Assembly (NCBI RefSeq): GCF_018350175.1
Contig: NC_058368.1
Coordinates: 99,884,001-99,948,000 of the forward strand
DNA: 64,000 nt
Direction: 5' to 3'
From: Felis catus
Taxonomy: Eukaryota
The notes beneath the pieces were generated by a model, which was given only the letters and a program-made list of their open reading frames with translations, made no database searches and had not been told where the DNA came from. The position numbers and the translations under genes were made by a program. Shown one piece after another: positions 39,968-52,728 of the stretch. Each line of letters begins with the position of its first letter. The stretch's first letter is position 1.

Positions 39968-41427
39968 CATATATGTGTGTGAAATACATATATACATATA
40001 AAATACATATATATATGTAACTCAACACCCCAAAAAATTAACAGATTATAAAATGGGCAGAACACCTGAATAGACATTTTACCAAAGAAGGCCTATAGAC
40101 GACCAGCAGACACATGAAAAGATGTTCCACATCACTAATCATCAAGAAAACGTAAATCAAAACCACAATGAGATATCACCTTATGACAGTTAGAATGGCT
40201 AAAATCAAAATGATAAGAAATAACAAGTGTCACTGAGGAAGTGAAGAAAAAAGAACTCTCATGCACTGTTGCCGGGAATGCAAACTGGTGCAGCCACTGT
40301 GGAAAACAGTATGAAGATTCCTGAAAAATTAAAAATAGAAATACCATATGATCCAATAATTGCACTATTGGGTATTTATCCAAAGAAAATGAAAATACTA
40401 GTTCAAAAATATATATTCAATTCTATGTTTACTGTGACATTATTTACAATAGTGAAGATATAGAAGCAACCTAAATATCCATCAATAGATGAATAGATAA
40501 GGAAAATGTGGTATACATGTATATAAATATATATATACACATATATATACACAAATGTATGTATATACATATAAATGTATATATGTATGTATGAATATTA
40601 ATGAATATTATGCAGCCATAAGAAAGGATAAGATTGTACTGCTTGAGACAATCTGGATGGACCTAGAGGATATTATGCTAAGTGAAATAAATCAGACCGA
40701 GAAAGACAAATACCATATGATTCCACTCATAAGTGGAATCTAAAGGCAAAACAAAAATAAATGAATAAACAAATTAAAAGAGGAATCAGACCTATAAATA
40801 CAGAGAACAAACGGATGTTTGCCAGAGGGGAAGGGGTGGGAGGATGGGCAAAATGGGTGAAGTGGAGAGGTAGATAAATCTTCCAGTTATGGTATGAGTA
40901 AGTCAGGAGAACAAAAGACACAGCATAAGAAATATAGTCAGTGATACTGTTAATAGCGATGTGATGGGACAGGAGGTAGCTACATCAGTGGTGAAAGTAG
41001 CATAATGTATAAACCTGTCAAATCACTAAGTGTGTCTACTATATTCAAAATCATATATTTCGGATATATATATGTATCAATATTTAATCGATATTTCTTT
41101 TCAGATGTTTAACAGACATTTCATATTGACCATGTTCAAAAGCATATGCCTGATTTCACCACGCTCCACGACCTGTTCAACCCATTCTTTTGGGGTTTTT
41201 TTGGTTTTTGGTTTTTGGTTTTTTTCATAATAAATGGAAGGTCCAGTCTACCAATTTCTAAACCCAGTCATTCCTGACTACACTCTTACACTCATACCTT
41301 ACACCAGAACCTTCAGCAAATCTTTTCTGGACTTCCTTCAAAATAGATCCTTACTACTTCTAACAACTTTCATCATTGCCACCTTGGCATAAGCTTCCAT
41401 CTTCTTTCCTGCATTACTACACTTTTA

Positions 41428-41644
41428 TTTTTAATTTTTTTTTAATTTCTATTTATTTTTGAGACAGAGAGAGAGAGCATGAACAGGGGAAGGTCAGAGA
41501 GAGAGGAAGATACAGAATCCGTAGCAGGCTCCAGGCTCCGGGCTGTCAGTACAGAGCCGGATACAGGGCTCGAATTCATGGACCATAAGATCATGACCTA
41601 AGCCGAAGTCGGACGCTTAACCAACTGAGCCACCCAGGCGCCCC
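41428..41644 (-). mobile_element. Can-SINE
   Basis: TSD tgcattactacacttt / tgcattactatacttt. Confidence 0.95.
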
Positions 41645-42082
41645 TGCATTACTATACTTTACTCTTGACTGGTCTACCTGCTTCCCCACTTGGGCACACA
41701 GAATCATTTTCTCCACAAAGCAGGCAAGTATTTCTTTGTAAGTGTAAGTCAGATCTTGTTACTTCTCAGCTCAAGACCCTTCAGTGGCCTCAGCTCTCAT
41801 CTGGAGTCAAATTCAGGGTCCTTACCATGTCCCACAATACAATTTGAGCCTCTGATAACATCTCTAGGTATATTATATATACATTAGTAGATAGATAGAT
41901 ACAGAGATAGAGATAGATATATGAGACATGTGTGAATGTGTGTGTAAGAGTGTAAGAAATGGTAAGATTATAAAATTTTACATAGATATAAATATATAAA
42001 TAATGACATCAAAGAACTCTCTCTTTCTCTCTCTCTCCATAACAGATATCTCTATGCACATTATCAGAGAGTAGAAATAAAG

Positions 42083-42084
<2 letters not shown>

Positions 42085-42160
<76 letters not shown>
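42085..42160. repeat. Compound (CA)n(GA)n microsatellite
   Basis: Seen directly. Confidence 0.95.
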
Positions 42161-42161
<1 letters not shown>

Positions 42162-44248
42162 GACATTTTTCCTCACTATATTCCAGTCACGTTGCCTCTT
42201 TGTACACTTTGCTGCTAGATATGAATATGGTTCACACACTCATTTCCTTCAGATTTCTGTTCAAGGGGCATTTTACAAAGACCTTCCTGATTATTCGATC
42301 TAAATTAGTCACAACAACAACAACAACAAAATAAATAAATAAATAAAAAATAAATTAGTCACAACATTTCCCATCATTCTCACTCCTCTGATCTGATTTG
42401 TTTTCCTCTGTGGCACTTACCACCACCTGACACATTGTTTATTTGCTTGTGTTTATTTGCTTGGATCACTAGGATGTGAGCTCTGTGGGGCAGGGACTTT
42501 GTCTTGTTGATTTCTGTCTCCACACTCTAGAGCAGTTCTTATCTTTTAGTCGCTTCTCTGTGAGCTTGAATGAGTGCGTGAAGATATCCAGAAGCCAGTT
42601 GGAAGTGCTGATCTGTAGCTTTCAAAAAATTAGTACCAGAAAAGTAAACTGGGAAGTTGTCCTTATGAACATGGTAAACGACAAATGTGAAAAGGCTGAA
42701 GCGACAAAGAAGAGAGGAGAGAAAAGAGAGATACAGGAGAGGGGTCCAAATATAGCAATGTGGGAAATTGGAGGAGCTCTATAATTAGGGGAGATTATAT
42801 AAGGAACCCTTGATAGGCTACAGAAAAGGAACATAAAAATAGCAAGACAGAAAAAAAAAAAAAACTTATCTAGGAAGCCATGAGACAAGAGAGTTTCCAT
42901 CAAATACTGCAGAGCCTAATGAGTTTATGGGTTGAAAGGCCATCAGAGTGGGCAATCAGTAAGTGAGTGGTATTTTGGAAAAATGGCTTTAGCAGAGGTG
43001 GAGATAGAAACCAGGTTCAAGGGAAACAAGGTGGAGAATACAGAAGGCTCTTTTGAAAACTTTTTCTTTTTTAAGTAATGGAAGGTACAAGAGGGTAGAG
43101 GGTGCCCATAAGTGTGTTAAAATGAGGAAAGGAGCTAGAAACAAAGGAAAGACTTGAGAAGCAAGTGATAGAATGAGGTTCCAGGAGAGAACAGGGAACA
43201 AGAAGAAGAGCCTAAGTATATACAGCCTGGTAGGGTATGTCCTCCCAAACCAGAATCAGACAAGAGGGAAGAAATGACATAGACTTTGAAGAAAGAAGAG
43301 GGCAAAGCGAGGAAGTTTATATTGGCTGAGCTCAAACTAGTTAAATAAAGTAGCAAATGATGTCATCAACTGAGACATAGCTGCCTCTATGTCAAAATAT
43401 TTTAATTAACCTTATTTCTCAGATATGATTGCAAAAATAATAAATATGTTATTTTACAGATGGGATATAATCTTTACTCTTTGTCTAATATTTAAAACAA
43501 GACTGGAGCTTTCCCAAATCAAAAAGCAAGTTCCTGGAATTGAGCCAAGTGGGGGCCAGATTTCTAAACAAAAATGTAGTATACAGAAAGATATGGCTCC
43601 AAACCCCTAAATGTCTTGATGGATTGTATTACTCCTGAACACAAACACCCAGTGATGCCAAGATCCCAGGTCCTCAGACCTGCAGGAAAAGACAACATAT
43701 ATCCCCTAACAGTAGCAGCTCTTGAAAATGATCATCTTTCATGTCCAACTGTTAATCAGATTTTGTATGGTTCATTCGAAAGGGTAAAGCTTCCTTAGAG
43801 AAGACTTAGCCTCCATGCCAAGATATCTCAGGACAGAGTGTCTGTGTGTGTGTGTGTACGTGTGTGCATGTGCGTGTACATCTTTTACTGAAATTTTGAC
43901 CGAAGGTTCCTGAAGCCAAGAAAGTTCGCTTGACTTTTTAAAACTGTGAACTTCACCTTCAAACTTTCCACTCTCGGATAAAAGGCAACAGAGAAAGCAT
44001 TCAGCACCTCTAAGGTAAGAGAGGAAGGTAAGATGCATGTGTAGTGGAGAGAAGGGAGAACACAGATTCCTGCATGAGACACTCTACTTCCTCCACGAGG
44101 GCACCAAGACGTACATTCAAGAATCAGATGACTAGAAAACATGCATGATTGCTAAGCAGAACTGACAACAGCGGTGTCTCTGCTTACAACAGACTGTCAA
44201 ATAGCACTCACTTTATTAAATCAGAAAGGCGCACAGGCTGTTGCTCTT

Positions 44249-44477
44249 TTTTTTTTTTTTTAATTTTTTTTTCAACGTTTTTATTTATTTTTGGGACAGA
44301 GAGAGACAGAGCATGAACGGGGGAGGGGCAGAGAGAGAGGGAGACACAGAGTCGGAAACAGGCTCCAGGCTCTGAGCCATCAGCCCAGAGCCCGACGCGG
44401 GGCTCGAACTCACGGACCGCGAGATCGTGACCTGGCTGAAGCCGGACGCTTAACCGACTGCGCCACCCAGGCGCCCC
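44249..44477 (-). mobile_element. Very young felid Can-SINE (SINEC_Fc-like)
   Basis: CpGs largely intact, long T tail, perfect 14-bp TSD aggctgttgctctt (44235-44248 / 44478-44491). Confidence 0.97.
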
Positions 44478-44611
44478 AGGCTGTTGCTCTTATGTTGTTA
44501 CCTTTTCTAAGCTTTATATTTCTATTATGCGAGATTAAGACTCTTGATAGATATAATTGTTTTTAAGTGAATAAGTGAACAAATATGGTATGTGCACGCA
44601 CATGCACAAAG

Positions 44612-44612
<1 letters not shown>

Positions 44613-44661
<49 letters not shown>
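44613..44661. repeat. (CA)n microsatellite
   Basis: Seen directly. Confidence 0.95.
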
Positions 44662-44665
<4 letters not shown>

Positions 44666-44999
44666 TGAGTGTCAGACGGAATTCCAATGCCCACCAAGGA
44701 CTGAGGCTGGCTGGCAGTCCAGGAGAACAGATCGTAGACATGCATTCAGGTTTGGGCTCCTTCCAAGTAACCTGGCCAATTTCCCAGTACAGATGGTGGC
44801 CAAACAATCTCCTGAGATAGATAGAGAGAGCTAATGCTTTTGGAAATACTTTAGTTTCTCTCAACCCCCCCTGAGTACCATATTATCGTAGGCTGAATTA
44901 GCACAAAGAATTTCTAGGACCATAAAAGGACTGTTAGACTACTAAAATCCTATTACATGACCTACACATGGAGCCTAAGAGCCTGCACTTGAGAATTCA

Positions 45000-45200
45000 G
45001 AATATCTGGGTGAGAATAGCTGCTTCACCACACAGCAGCTGCATGATTTGGGGTTAGAAGTTAAACTCTCAGGGTCAGCATTTCCTTTGCAGTAATGACA
45101 GCCTGCCTCAAAGGTTATTGGGGGATTAAATAAGACAATGCATATAAAGTTCAGCACATTGTCTGGCATACAGCAAATGCTCAATAAATATTAGTTGCTT
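45000..45200 (+). mobile_element. MIR SINE
   Basis: ggattaaataagacaatgcatataaagttcagcacattgtctggcatacagcaaatgctcaataaatattag 3' end. Confidence 0.75.
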
Positions 45201-45621
45201 AGAACTGGTGTTTTAAAGGGGAAAAAATTATTTGTATTTGTGAACATGTTTGCTTACACATGCAGAGACTATTTCTGGAAGGGTAATGTCAATTGCGCTC
45301 AATCAAAAGAAACTGGAAGCTGGGATAGGGGCTCTAGTAAGATCTTTCCATATATCTTGAAATTTTAACCACTTGAAAATATCACCTTTGTAAAAAACCT
45401 AAAATTTAAATATAGTGAATAAATAGGAGCTGTTATTAATTTTCCTCACTTCTAAGCACTGCACATATGCTACATTTCTCTATAATGTGTTCTCTCATTA
45501 AATTAAGAAATAATCCAAATACAAGTTGGAGGAGGACTAATACTTCTCTTTTATCTAGCCTCAGGCATTTCCCAAAATCATTTGTTTGTTTTGCTCTCTC
45601 CTTAGCCATTGATCAAATATT

Positions 45622-46598
45622 CAGGCAGCTCTCGCATCACATTGTCCCAATATGCATGAATTTCAGTCACTATGGTTAGTTAAATAACAACAGTCCCCCA
45701 GCAACATGGTTCAAATTTCTGTTACCATGGTATATTTACTCTGAATAAACTGCATCAAGAACACACTTCACTTCTAACTCCTTCGCCCACAAATCACTAT
45801 ATAAAGAGCAGATGCCCATCACGATCAGTTACCAATAGTGTCACTTCTTTCCAAGTCCATTGGCAATCGGTCACTGTGCATCTGTTTTCCAATTTACATT
45901 CAGATGGTAAAGCTTAAAGTTGTGTTGCCTCCCCACCAGTCTCTCAGTGACAAACCCAGGTAACATGTGATAACACTGGATAATCCAAAGAGAGAAGGGG
46001 CAGAGATGAAAGTGTAACAAGAACATAAAAACACAATATTGCTAGAAGCGAAATTGGATGTTCTTAAATTTATGGCTCTCCATGGGTGGTTATGATGAAA
46101 TGAATGAAGATATGGCAGAGAAGTGACACCAGGAAAAAAAAAAAAAAAAGACTTCCATTAAAAGAACTCTTGGAGATATTTCACAACATGGAAAGTGCAA
46201 AACATGAAATTTTGGAAATGAATCCCAATTTTGAGAGAAGAATTGCAATTTATCAAGACGTTAAAAAAAAGATGGTGGCTCCATATGCTAAGTTATATTA
46301 GAAGAAAAGGCAAACATTAATAAAACCACATGTGATATTTTCTTCAAAGAAATAAAACACTTTACTTCTCAGCATTTCTAATGTTTTAAATTACAGTGTA
46401 CTAAATACTGGTCTTAGTATTTTTTTGATTTCCCTTTATATTTACAACCAACAGTAAGACAGTGTTTATTGTTTTGACAACACAATGTTAAAGGTCACAC
46501 AATAATCATAATTTTCCCAGGGATTATTAAGACCACTTTGCATGGCCTTGAGGTCAGTTTTATAGCCTTGTCCAACCACGCAAAACAAGAATTATCTG
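45622..46598. mobile_element. TcMar-Tigger (Tigger13a-like) non-autonomous DNA transposon
   Basis: Degenerate TIRs caggcagctctcgcatcacattgt ... accacgcaaaacaagaattatctg(ta); tagttaaataaca.cagtccccca.caaca.ggttcaaatttc.gttacca.ggtatatt motif. Confidence 0.7.
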
Positions 46599-46648
46599 TA
46601 TATTCAATAAAATAGAAAACTGATTTCTCTGTTAAGAATATCATTCTA

Positions 46649-46848
46649 GGGGTGCCTGTGTGGCTCAGTCATCTAAAGCTCAGGTCATGATCTCATAGTT
46701 CATGATTTCAAGTCCCACATTGGGCTCTGTGCTGACAGCTTGGAGCCTGGAGCCTGCTTCAGATTCTGTGTCTCCCTCTCTCTCTGTGCCTCCCCTGCTC
46801 ACATTCTGCCTCTGTCACTCAAAAATAAATAAAAAAAAATTTTAAAAT
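46649..46848 (+). mobile_element. Can-SINE (small deletion in the head)
   Basis: TSD aagaatatcattcta / aagaatattattcta. Confidence 0.95.
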
Positions 46849-47039
46849 TAAAGAATATTATTCTAAATGCTTTTTTTCTATTTGTCAGGCATTTCGTGAA
46901 TCCAATTAAACATCTCTCAATGATTCCATGTAGTAATATAGGAATCAATTTATTGTGCAGGCAAGGAAACTAGAATTAGAGTCAATGTTCCTGTTTAAAA
47001 TTCAATAACAAGTAATATTATCATCTTGGCGTACAATTT

Positions 47040-47220
47040 ATAAAATATCTTTACAAACATTAACTGATTTATTTCTCACAACAACTCTACACTCTAGGTG
47101 CTTTTTCCATCTCACTTATGAAGAAACTGAGACTTGTAAGTCACACTGTTAGCCAGTGGTTAGGCCGGACTCAGATTCTGAAGTTTCAATTTCAGGTTAT
47201 TGGCCTTTCCACTCTATCAT
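47040..47220 (-). mobile_element. MIR SINE
   Basis: tctcacaacaactct...atgaagaaactgag...gtcacactgttagccagtgg core. Confidence 0.6.
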
Positions 47221-48269
47221 TTTGCCTTCTTCCTAGGAAAGGATGCAAAACCCTCACCTGAAGTGTTAAATAGAACATACTTCTTTTCTACCAGAAAATG
47301 TGCACTTAATGCTTAATTTTCAAGAATTAATGATTTATTAATCTAACTATAGTCATTAATAGAATGTAATGATGTCACATCCTTAATTATTAGATGCATT
47401 TTCAGTCATGTTAATTGGCAGTGAAAATGTCACAGATGTCAGTAGTATCTGAGCTCAATTTCTTGGTTGTTAAGATTCCTCCGTCATTATTGATACACAC
47501 ACAAACACACACGCATGCATACACACTCTCTCTTGGGTTCATATAGTCATATGGGAAAGATAATTTTCCTTAAATTGAACAGGATCCACACAAAATAATT
47601 GAAGCTCCTTTATTTTCTCCTTTACTGACATGAGTTCAGGAGAGTCTCCCCAGTGTTGAAACAGGAAAATGTTTGATAGACTTGTTTCAAACGTTTTCTT
47701 TTTAGACAAATACAAAATATGTTTGAGGAATAACTTAACAGTTTTAAGATGAACCATGTTATTTCTGTGTACTCTGTGTTTTGAAATGCCTGCACACTCT
47801 ATATTAGTAATCTTGAAAGGACAAAAGATGTGTCTTTGATAGCCAGGGGGTATTTATGAAGAAGATAACAAAAGCAAGATGGAAATACATGGGAACTATA
47901 AGTGGGTAATTTCAAGGTCACAAACTTGAAGGAATTTTAATGACATCAAGCTTCTAGTTGGTAGCATGCTACTTCCACCCATTATACTTCTCACACGGGG
48001 CACATCCAGAGGAGGAAGTCAGGAACAAGTGAAATGCTTTGTGAAGGAACTAAGAGGAGGAAACTCATGGGTGAAAATCTGTGAAACATAATGATTTAGC
48101 AAGTAAGAAAGGGAGAGCAGCTCATCATGTAACAGGGAAAGTAGTCAAGCATACATGAAGAAATGATCATTGAAACGAAAACTTGAGTGAAGAGCTAGTG
48201 GGAATACAAAGAAGAATAAGGACTACCAGGAAAAGAAAAGGGAATTTTTTTTCACCAAGTGTTGCGATC

Positions 48270-49610
48270 TGGTCAGAAACCTTAGAATCATGTTTAACAA
48301 TTCCTTTTATCTCGGCCTCCGTGTCTAAACCATCACCCAGGTCCTAAGTATTTCTTGACTGTGTTCACCCTCTGCCTCCCACCAGTGGCACCCAAGTGTA
48401 GGCCACCATGAAGGCTCACCCAGACCACTGTTACCATCTTCCAAGCTGTCTTCCTACCCTGACCCAGTCTTCTCTCGGATAAGACAGTGATTTCCATAAA
48501 ACAAAATCACATGATGCTATGCATGATCAGACTCTTCTACGGTATTGCAATGTTCTTGGGAGTAAAGACAAAACTATTTAATTTGGCATGAATGCCCCTG
48601 TATGGTCTCTTTCATGGCACCTCTATAACATCATGTCTCATCTCTTTTCCCTCTCCACGCTCACTGCATGGGCATTATTTTAGTTTCTAGATTCACCCTT
48701 CTGCCACAGAATCTTGGCCACCCTGCTCTGATTGCGTGGAAATCACTTCCTTCCCTTGCGCATCTACTCACCTCCTCCTTATTCTTCAATTCTGCAACTG
48801 CCACCCACACAGGGAAGAGTTCTGTTTGCCCCACCAGAACCACTCTCTGCTCTTCTTGTCTTTCTCCATTCAAACAGACAAGGACCCATCAATGGGCTAG
48901 TCTGCCACGCGGTTCCATCAAGGCATCTGTTTACCAACTGACTACTTTCAATGTCACCATCGTTTGCTGCATCCCTCCTCAGAAACCAGGACTCCTGTGA
49001 GGAAAGCAGCTCCCTCCACTCAGTCCCTCTGTCCTCAAGTTCTAACAACCCCTCTAACTCTTGCTGCATTAGACCTGAGGTGGCAATGTCCAACCCTAGC
49101 GCCATTCCCCCACCACACCTTTGTAAATAGTTGCTTTATTATAGTCTCTTCAAATTATCCTACTCGATTGTGCGCTGTACTGCCTGCCAGGACTCCATGA
49201 TCTTGTCCTTGCTTCTTTCTCCAGCATGATCTCCTGATACTCTTGCCTTCATCCCAAAACATGTGCCTTACAGTCTCCACCACAACATTTTGGACTATAA
49301 TTACAGCAACCTGAATGTACCCTGATTGCACTCAGATCTTCTTCTTTATTACTCACCTGCCCCAATATCAACCCCACCATGCAGAAACTTTCTGTTCCGG
49401 GAAGCCCTGGCATGATCAACCTGCAACCTTCTGGTTTGTCCCTGGAGTTCCCACAGCACTCTGTCTATACCATAACCTTTGTCATCCTGTGACTGTTCCT
49501 TGTTTCAACTGTCTCTCCTGCAAGGCTCTGAATCATTGTTTACTTTCCAGTCCCCAGGGCCTCATAACCTACCCAGCATATGATAGCTATTCAATAAGTG
49601 AGTCAGATTA
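48270..49610 (+). mobile_element. Degraded L2 fragments with a probable ERVL-type LTR remnant (~48850-49200)
   Basis: agaaaccttagaatcat, caagtgtaggccaccat and cagggcctcataac...tcaataagtg L2-like motifs. Confidence 0.5.
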
Positions 49611-50144
49611 CAAAGCTGTATGTATTGTCCAGCTAAAGTGGTTCAGAGCCTTACGATAATACAGTACAGTATATTATCAACATGTTTGTCTGTTTACTCG
49701 AGACAAAGGTTTTCTCCAAATACAGCACCTTAGTAAGAATGTCGCTACCACAGCCAAAATACTGCAATAGGTGTGTATAGAATGATGTAACTTCCTTCAT
49801 CAGCCATTTGCTCCTTCTAAAAATAAAATATTTAAGCTTGTTCTCAATTCACCTTTTACTGAGCTTTTATCCTTACAATGTTGTCAAAGAAAATACGGTG
49901 CATTGAAAAGTTAGGATGACCCAGAAAATTGGGTCAAGAAAGGTTTTAGAAGGTTCTTCCAGGTAAAACATCATGAATTTTTCATAGCATTGCGACTACT
50001 ACAGCACTTGCAATATTGATGCACATTTACCACTTGTTTAAATGCTTTTAATAAAATTATTTTTCTCTTTTCTTGTATGCTACCTCTTCCTCTCTCCTCC
50101 CCCATTTCAACCATTTTATTCGTCATCCAGTTCTTTAGAGGATG

Positions 50145-50610
50145 TTATGGTGTGCCAACTAGATTTCCTTACCTCTTCAAGACTAAAGCAGTGGGAATGT
50201 TGACAGATGATGGCTCACAGCTGAATCCTCCCCTCTGAGGATTAAGCCTCAGTTAATGAGAACTACAGCCACAGGATCACACGTCCTTACTGGGGGCAGT
50301 CCATACCCAATGACTAGTCAGTGAAGAGGGCAGAAAGGGAGAATACAGACAGAGAAGGTAGGGCAAATAGACCCCTGACTCCAGTTTGCAATGACCATGA
50401 TGGAACATCCCAGCTCCAGAGATCCCTGGGATCCTCTGAGACGTTGCTGTGATTGCATCACGGTCCACCAGCCCACCTTCCCTCCCTCCAGCCTAACTGG
50501 CTTTCCTTCATTTCACTTCCATGGAGGATCAGAGAAGCACTTCTACATAGACTTCCTGCATGCCAATCTCTATCTCAGAGTGTGCTCTCCAGGGAACCTG
50601 ACTATAAGAA
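50145..50610 (+). mobile_element. LTR16-like ERVL solo LTR
   Basis: gatggctcacagctg, gcagtccatacccaatgact and cttcctgcatgccaatctc.atctcagagt.tgct.tccagggaacc motifs. Confidence 0.7.
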
Positions 50611-50647
50611 CCTTCAAGAAGGATCCCATATAAATAAACTAACATGA

Positions 50648-50868
50648 GGGGCACCTGGGTGGCTCAGTCGGTTAAGCAGCTGACTTCAGCTCAGGTCATG
50701 ATCTCGCCGTCCATGAGTTCGAGCCCCGCATCGGGCTCTGTGCTGACAGCTCAGAGCCTGGAGCCTGTTTCAGATTCCGTGTCACCCTCTCCCTGACCAT
50801 CCTCCGTTCATGCTTTGTCTCTCTGTCTCAAAAATAAACGTTAAAAAAAAAGAATTAAAAAAAAATAA
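50648..50868 (+). mobile_element. Can-SINE
   Basis: Perfect 18-bp TSD ataaataaactaacatga (50630-50647 / 50869-50886). Confidence 0.97.
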
Positions 50869-50934
50869 ATAAATAAACTAACATGAATGCTTCCATGCTT
50901 TCTTCCATGTCTAATTAATCATGTACAAACATGT

Positions 50935-50975
<41 letters not shown>

Positions 50976-51004
50976 CACACACATTTGTATTGTAAATATA
51001 TAAT

Positions 51005-51421
51005 ATTTTTTAATTAAAAATGTAAATTGAGGCATAGTGGATATACAGTATTATAGTAGTTTCAGGTGTACCACATAATGATTTGACATTTATATACATT
51101 ACAAAATATTCACCGTGATAAGTGTAGTTACTATCTGTCACCACACAAAGTTATTACTATATTATTGACTACATTCCCTATCTGCAAATGATAAAGCTAA
51201 TCAGAAGTTAATATTCAAAATACAGAAAGAACTCATACAACTCAACACCAAAACACACAAACAACCTGAAAAATGGACAGAGGATCTAAAAAGACATCTT
51301 TCCAAAGAAGACATCCAGATGCCAACAGTCACATGAAAAGATGCTCAACATCACTCATCATCAGAGAAATGCAAATCAAAACTACAATAAGATATCACCT
51401 TACACCTGTCAGAATGTCTAG
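51005..51421. mobile_element. L1 fragment with inverted structure: minus-strand 3' UTR (51005-51180) fused to a plus-strand ORF2 piece (51181-51421)
   Basis: Reverse-complement 3' end (gtttcaggtgtaccacataatgatt) abuts sequence encoding [29 protein letters not shown]. Confidence 0.8.
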
Positions 51422-51753
51422 TTTCTGTTATGTTTTTTTTAATGGGATCTTACTATAAATCCCTTAATTTTCTCATTCATCAATATATAGTATAAATTCC
51501 TCTAGCCAATTTGGATAGCTTTGTAGCAATAGTTCATTCTTTTAGGAGATCAATAATATTTCACCATATATATCACCAATATAGACATATTATAATGTAT
51601 TCAATCATCCATTTTTTGATAGGCCTCTACCTTGTTACAGAATTATTTTGTTTTTATTTTTGGCTTCCAGGAACAAGGCTAAAGTAAAGATTATTGTATA
51701 CTGTGTATAACCTTACAGACTGGCACTTTCATTTCCATAGAATAGGTTTTAAA

Positions 51754-51966
51754 AATTTTTTTTAACGTTTATTTATTTTTGAGACAGAGAGAGACAGAGC
51801 ATGAACAGGGGAGGGGCAAAGAGAGAGGGAGACACAGAATCGGAAGCAGGCTCCAGGCTCTGAGCCTTCAGCCCAGAGCCCGATGCGGGGCTCAAACTCA
51901 CAGACCATGAGATCGTGACCTGAGCTGAAGTCGGACGCCCAACCGACTGAGCCACCCAGGCGCCCC
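51754..51966 (-). mobile_element. Can-SINE
   Basis: TSD agaataggttttaaa (51739-51753 / 51968-51982). Confidence 0.96.
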
Positions 51967-52026
51967 AAGAATAGGTTTTAAAGACAGCACTAGGTTCAAG
52001 AGTGCATATATATATTTTTTTTCTTA

Positions 52027-52239
52027 TTTAAAATTATTTAATGCTTATTTTTGAGAGAGAGTGTGTGTGTGTGTGTGAGCAGGGGAGGGGCAGAGAGAAA
52101 GGGAGACACAGAATCTGAAGTAGGCTCCTGGCTCTGAGCTGTCAGCACAGAGCCCCGTACAGGGCTGGAACTCACAAACCATGAGATCATGACCTGAGCC
52201 AAAGTCAAACGCTTAACCAACTGAATCACCCAGGCGCCC
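52027..52239 (-). mobile_element. Can-SINE
   Basis: Typical body; flanking repeats tatatttttttctta / tatgttttttctta. Confidence 0.93.
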
Positions 52240-52524
52240 TTATGTTTTTTCTTATACTGTCAGATTTATTTCCGAAATTTCTATAAAATGCACATGTGTA
52301 CCATTCATGGAGAGAATAACTTATGAAGTGATTCCAATATATATCATTGTGATACATTTCTTTCTTGCCCTCTGACATAGCCAAGTGATTTTATATGAAC
52401 TTTCTTTTTCAGCATGAAAATATAGAATGGTCCCAAAACACTCTTTTTAACAACTCATGGCTGTGTAGATGTAAAGATAACACAAAAATGGAAAACATCT
52501 TTTCAAAGCAAAAGTTCCATTTTC

Positions 52525-52728
52525 GGGACACCTGGGTAGCTAAGTTAGTTAAGCATCAGCCTTCAGCTCAGGTCATGATCTCGTGGTCCGTGAGTTCAAG
52601 CCCCAAGTTGGGCTCTGTGCTGACAGCTCAGGGCCTGGAGCCTGCTTCAAATTCTGTGTCTCCCTCTCCCTCTGCCCCTCCCCGGCTCATGCTCTGTTTC
52701 AAAAATAAAATAAAAACATTAAAAAAAA
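52525..52728 (+). mobile_element. Can-SINE
   Basis: Typical body; diverged TSD aaagttccattttc / aaaatccactttc. Confidence 0.93.

Larger units (their letters stand above)
33995..41050 (+). mobile_element. Near full-length, heavily disrupted older carnivore L1 (5' UTR, ORF1 ~35110-36000, ORF2 ~36640-40740, 3' UTR) with two SINE insertions
   Basis: ORF fragments LDFKTKTVIRDKEGHYIMIK (endonuclease), [21 protein letters not shown] and CADGMILY (RT, degenerate FADD), [16 protein letters not shown]; many stops and frameshifts. Confidence 0.95.
41085..42580 (+). mobile_element. L2 LINE 3' part (continuation of 33300-33990), interrupted by a SINE and microsatellites
   Basis: cttcaaaatagatcc, ctggtctacctgcttcc, gtaagtcagatc.tgttact.ctcagctcaagacccttcagtggc, ggatgtgagctc.gtggggcagggactttgtcttgtt motifs. 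Confidence 0.75.
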
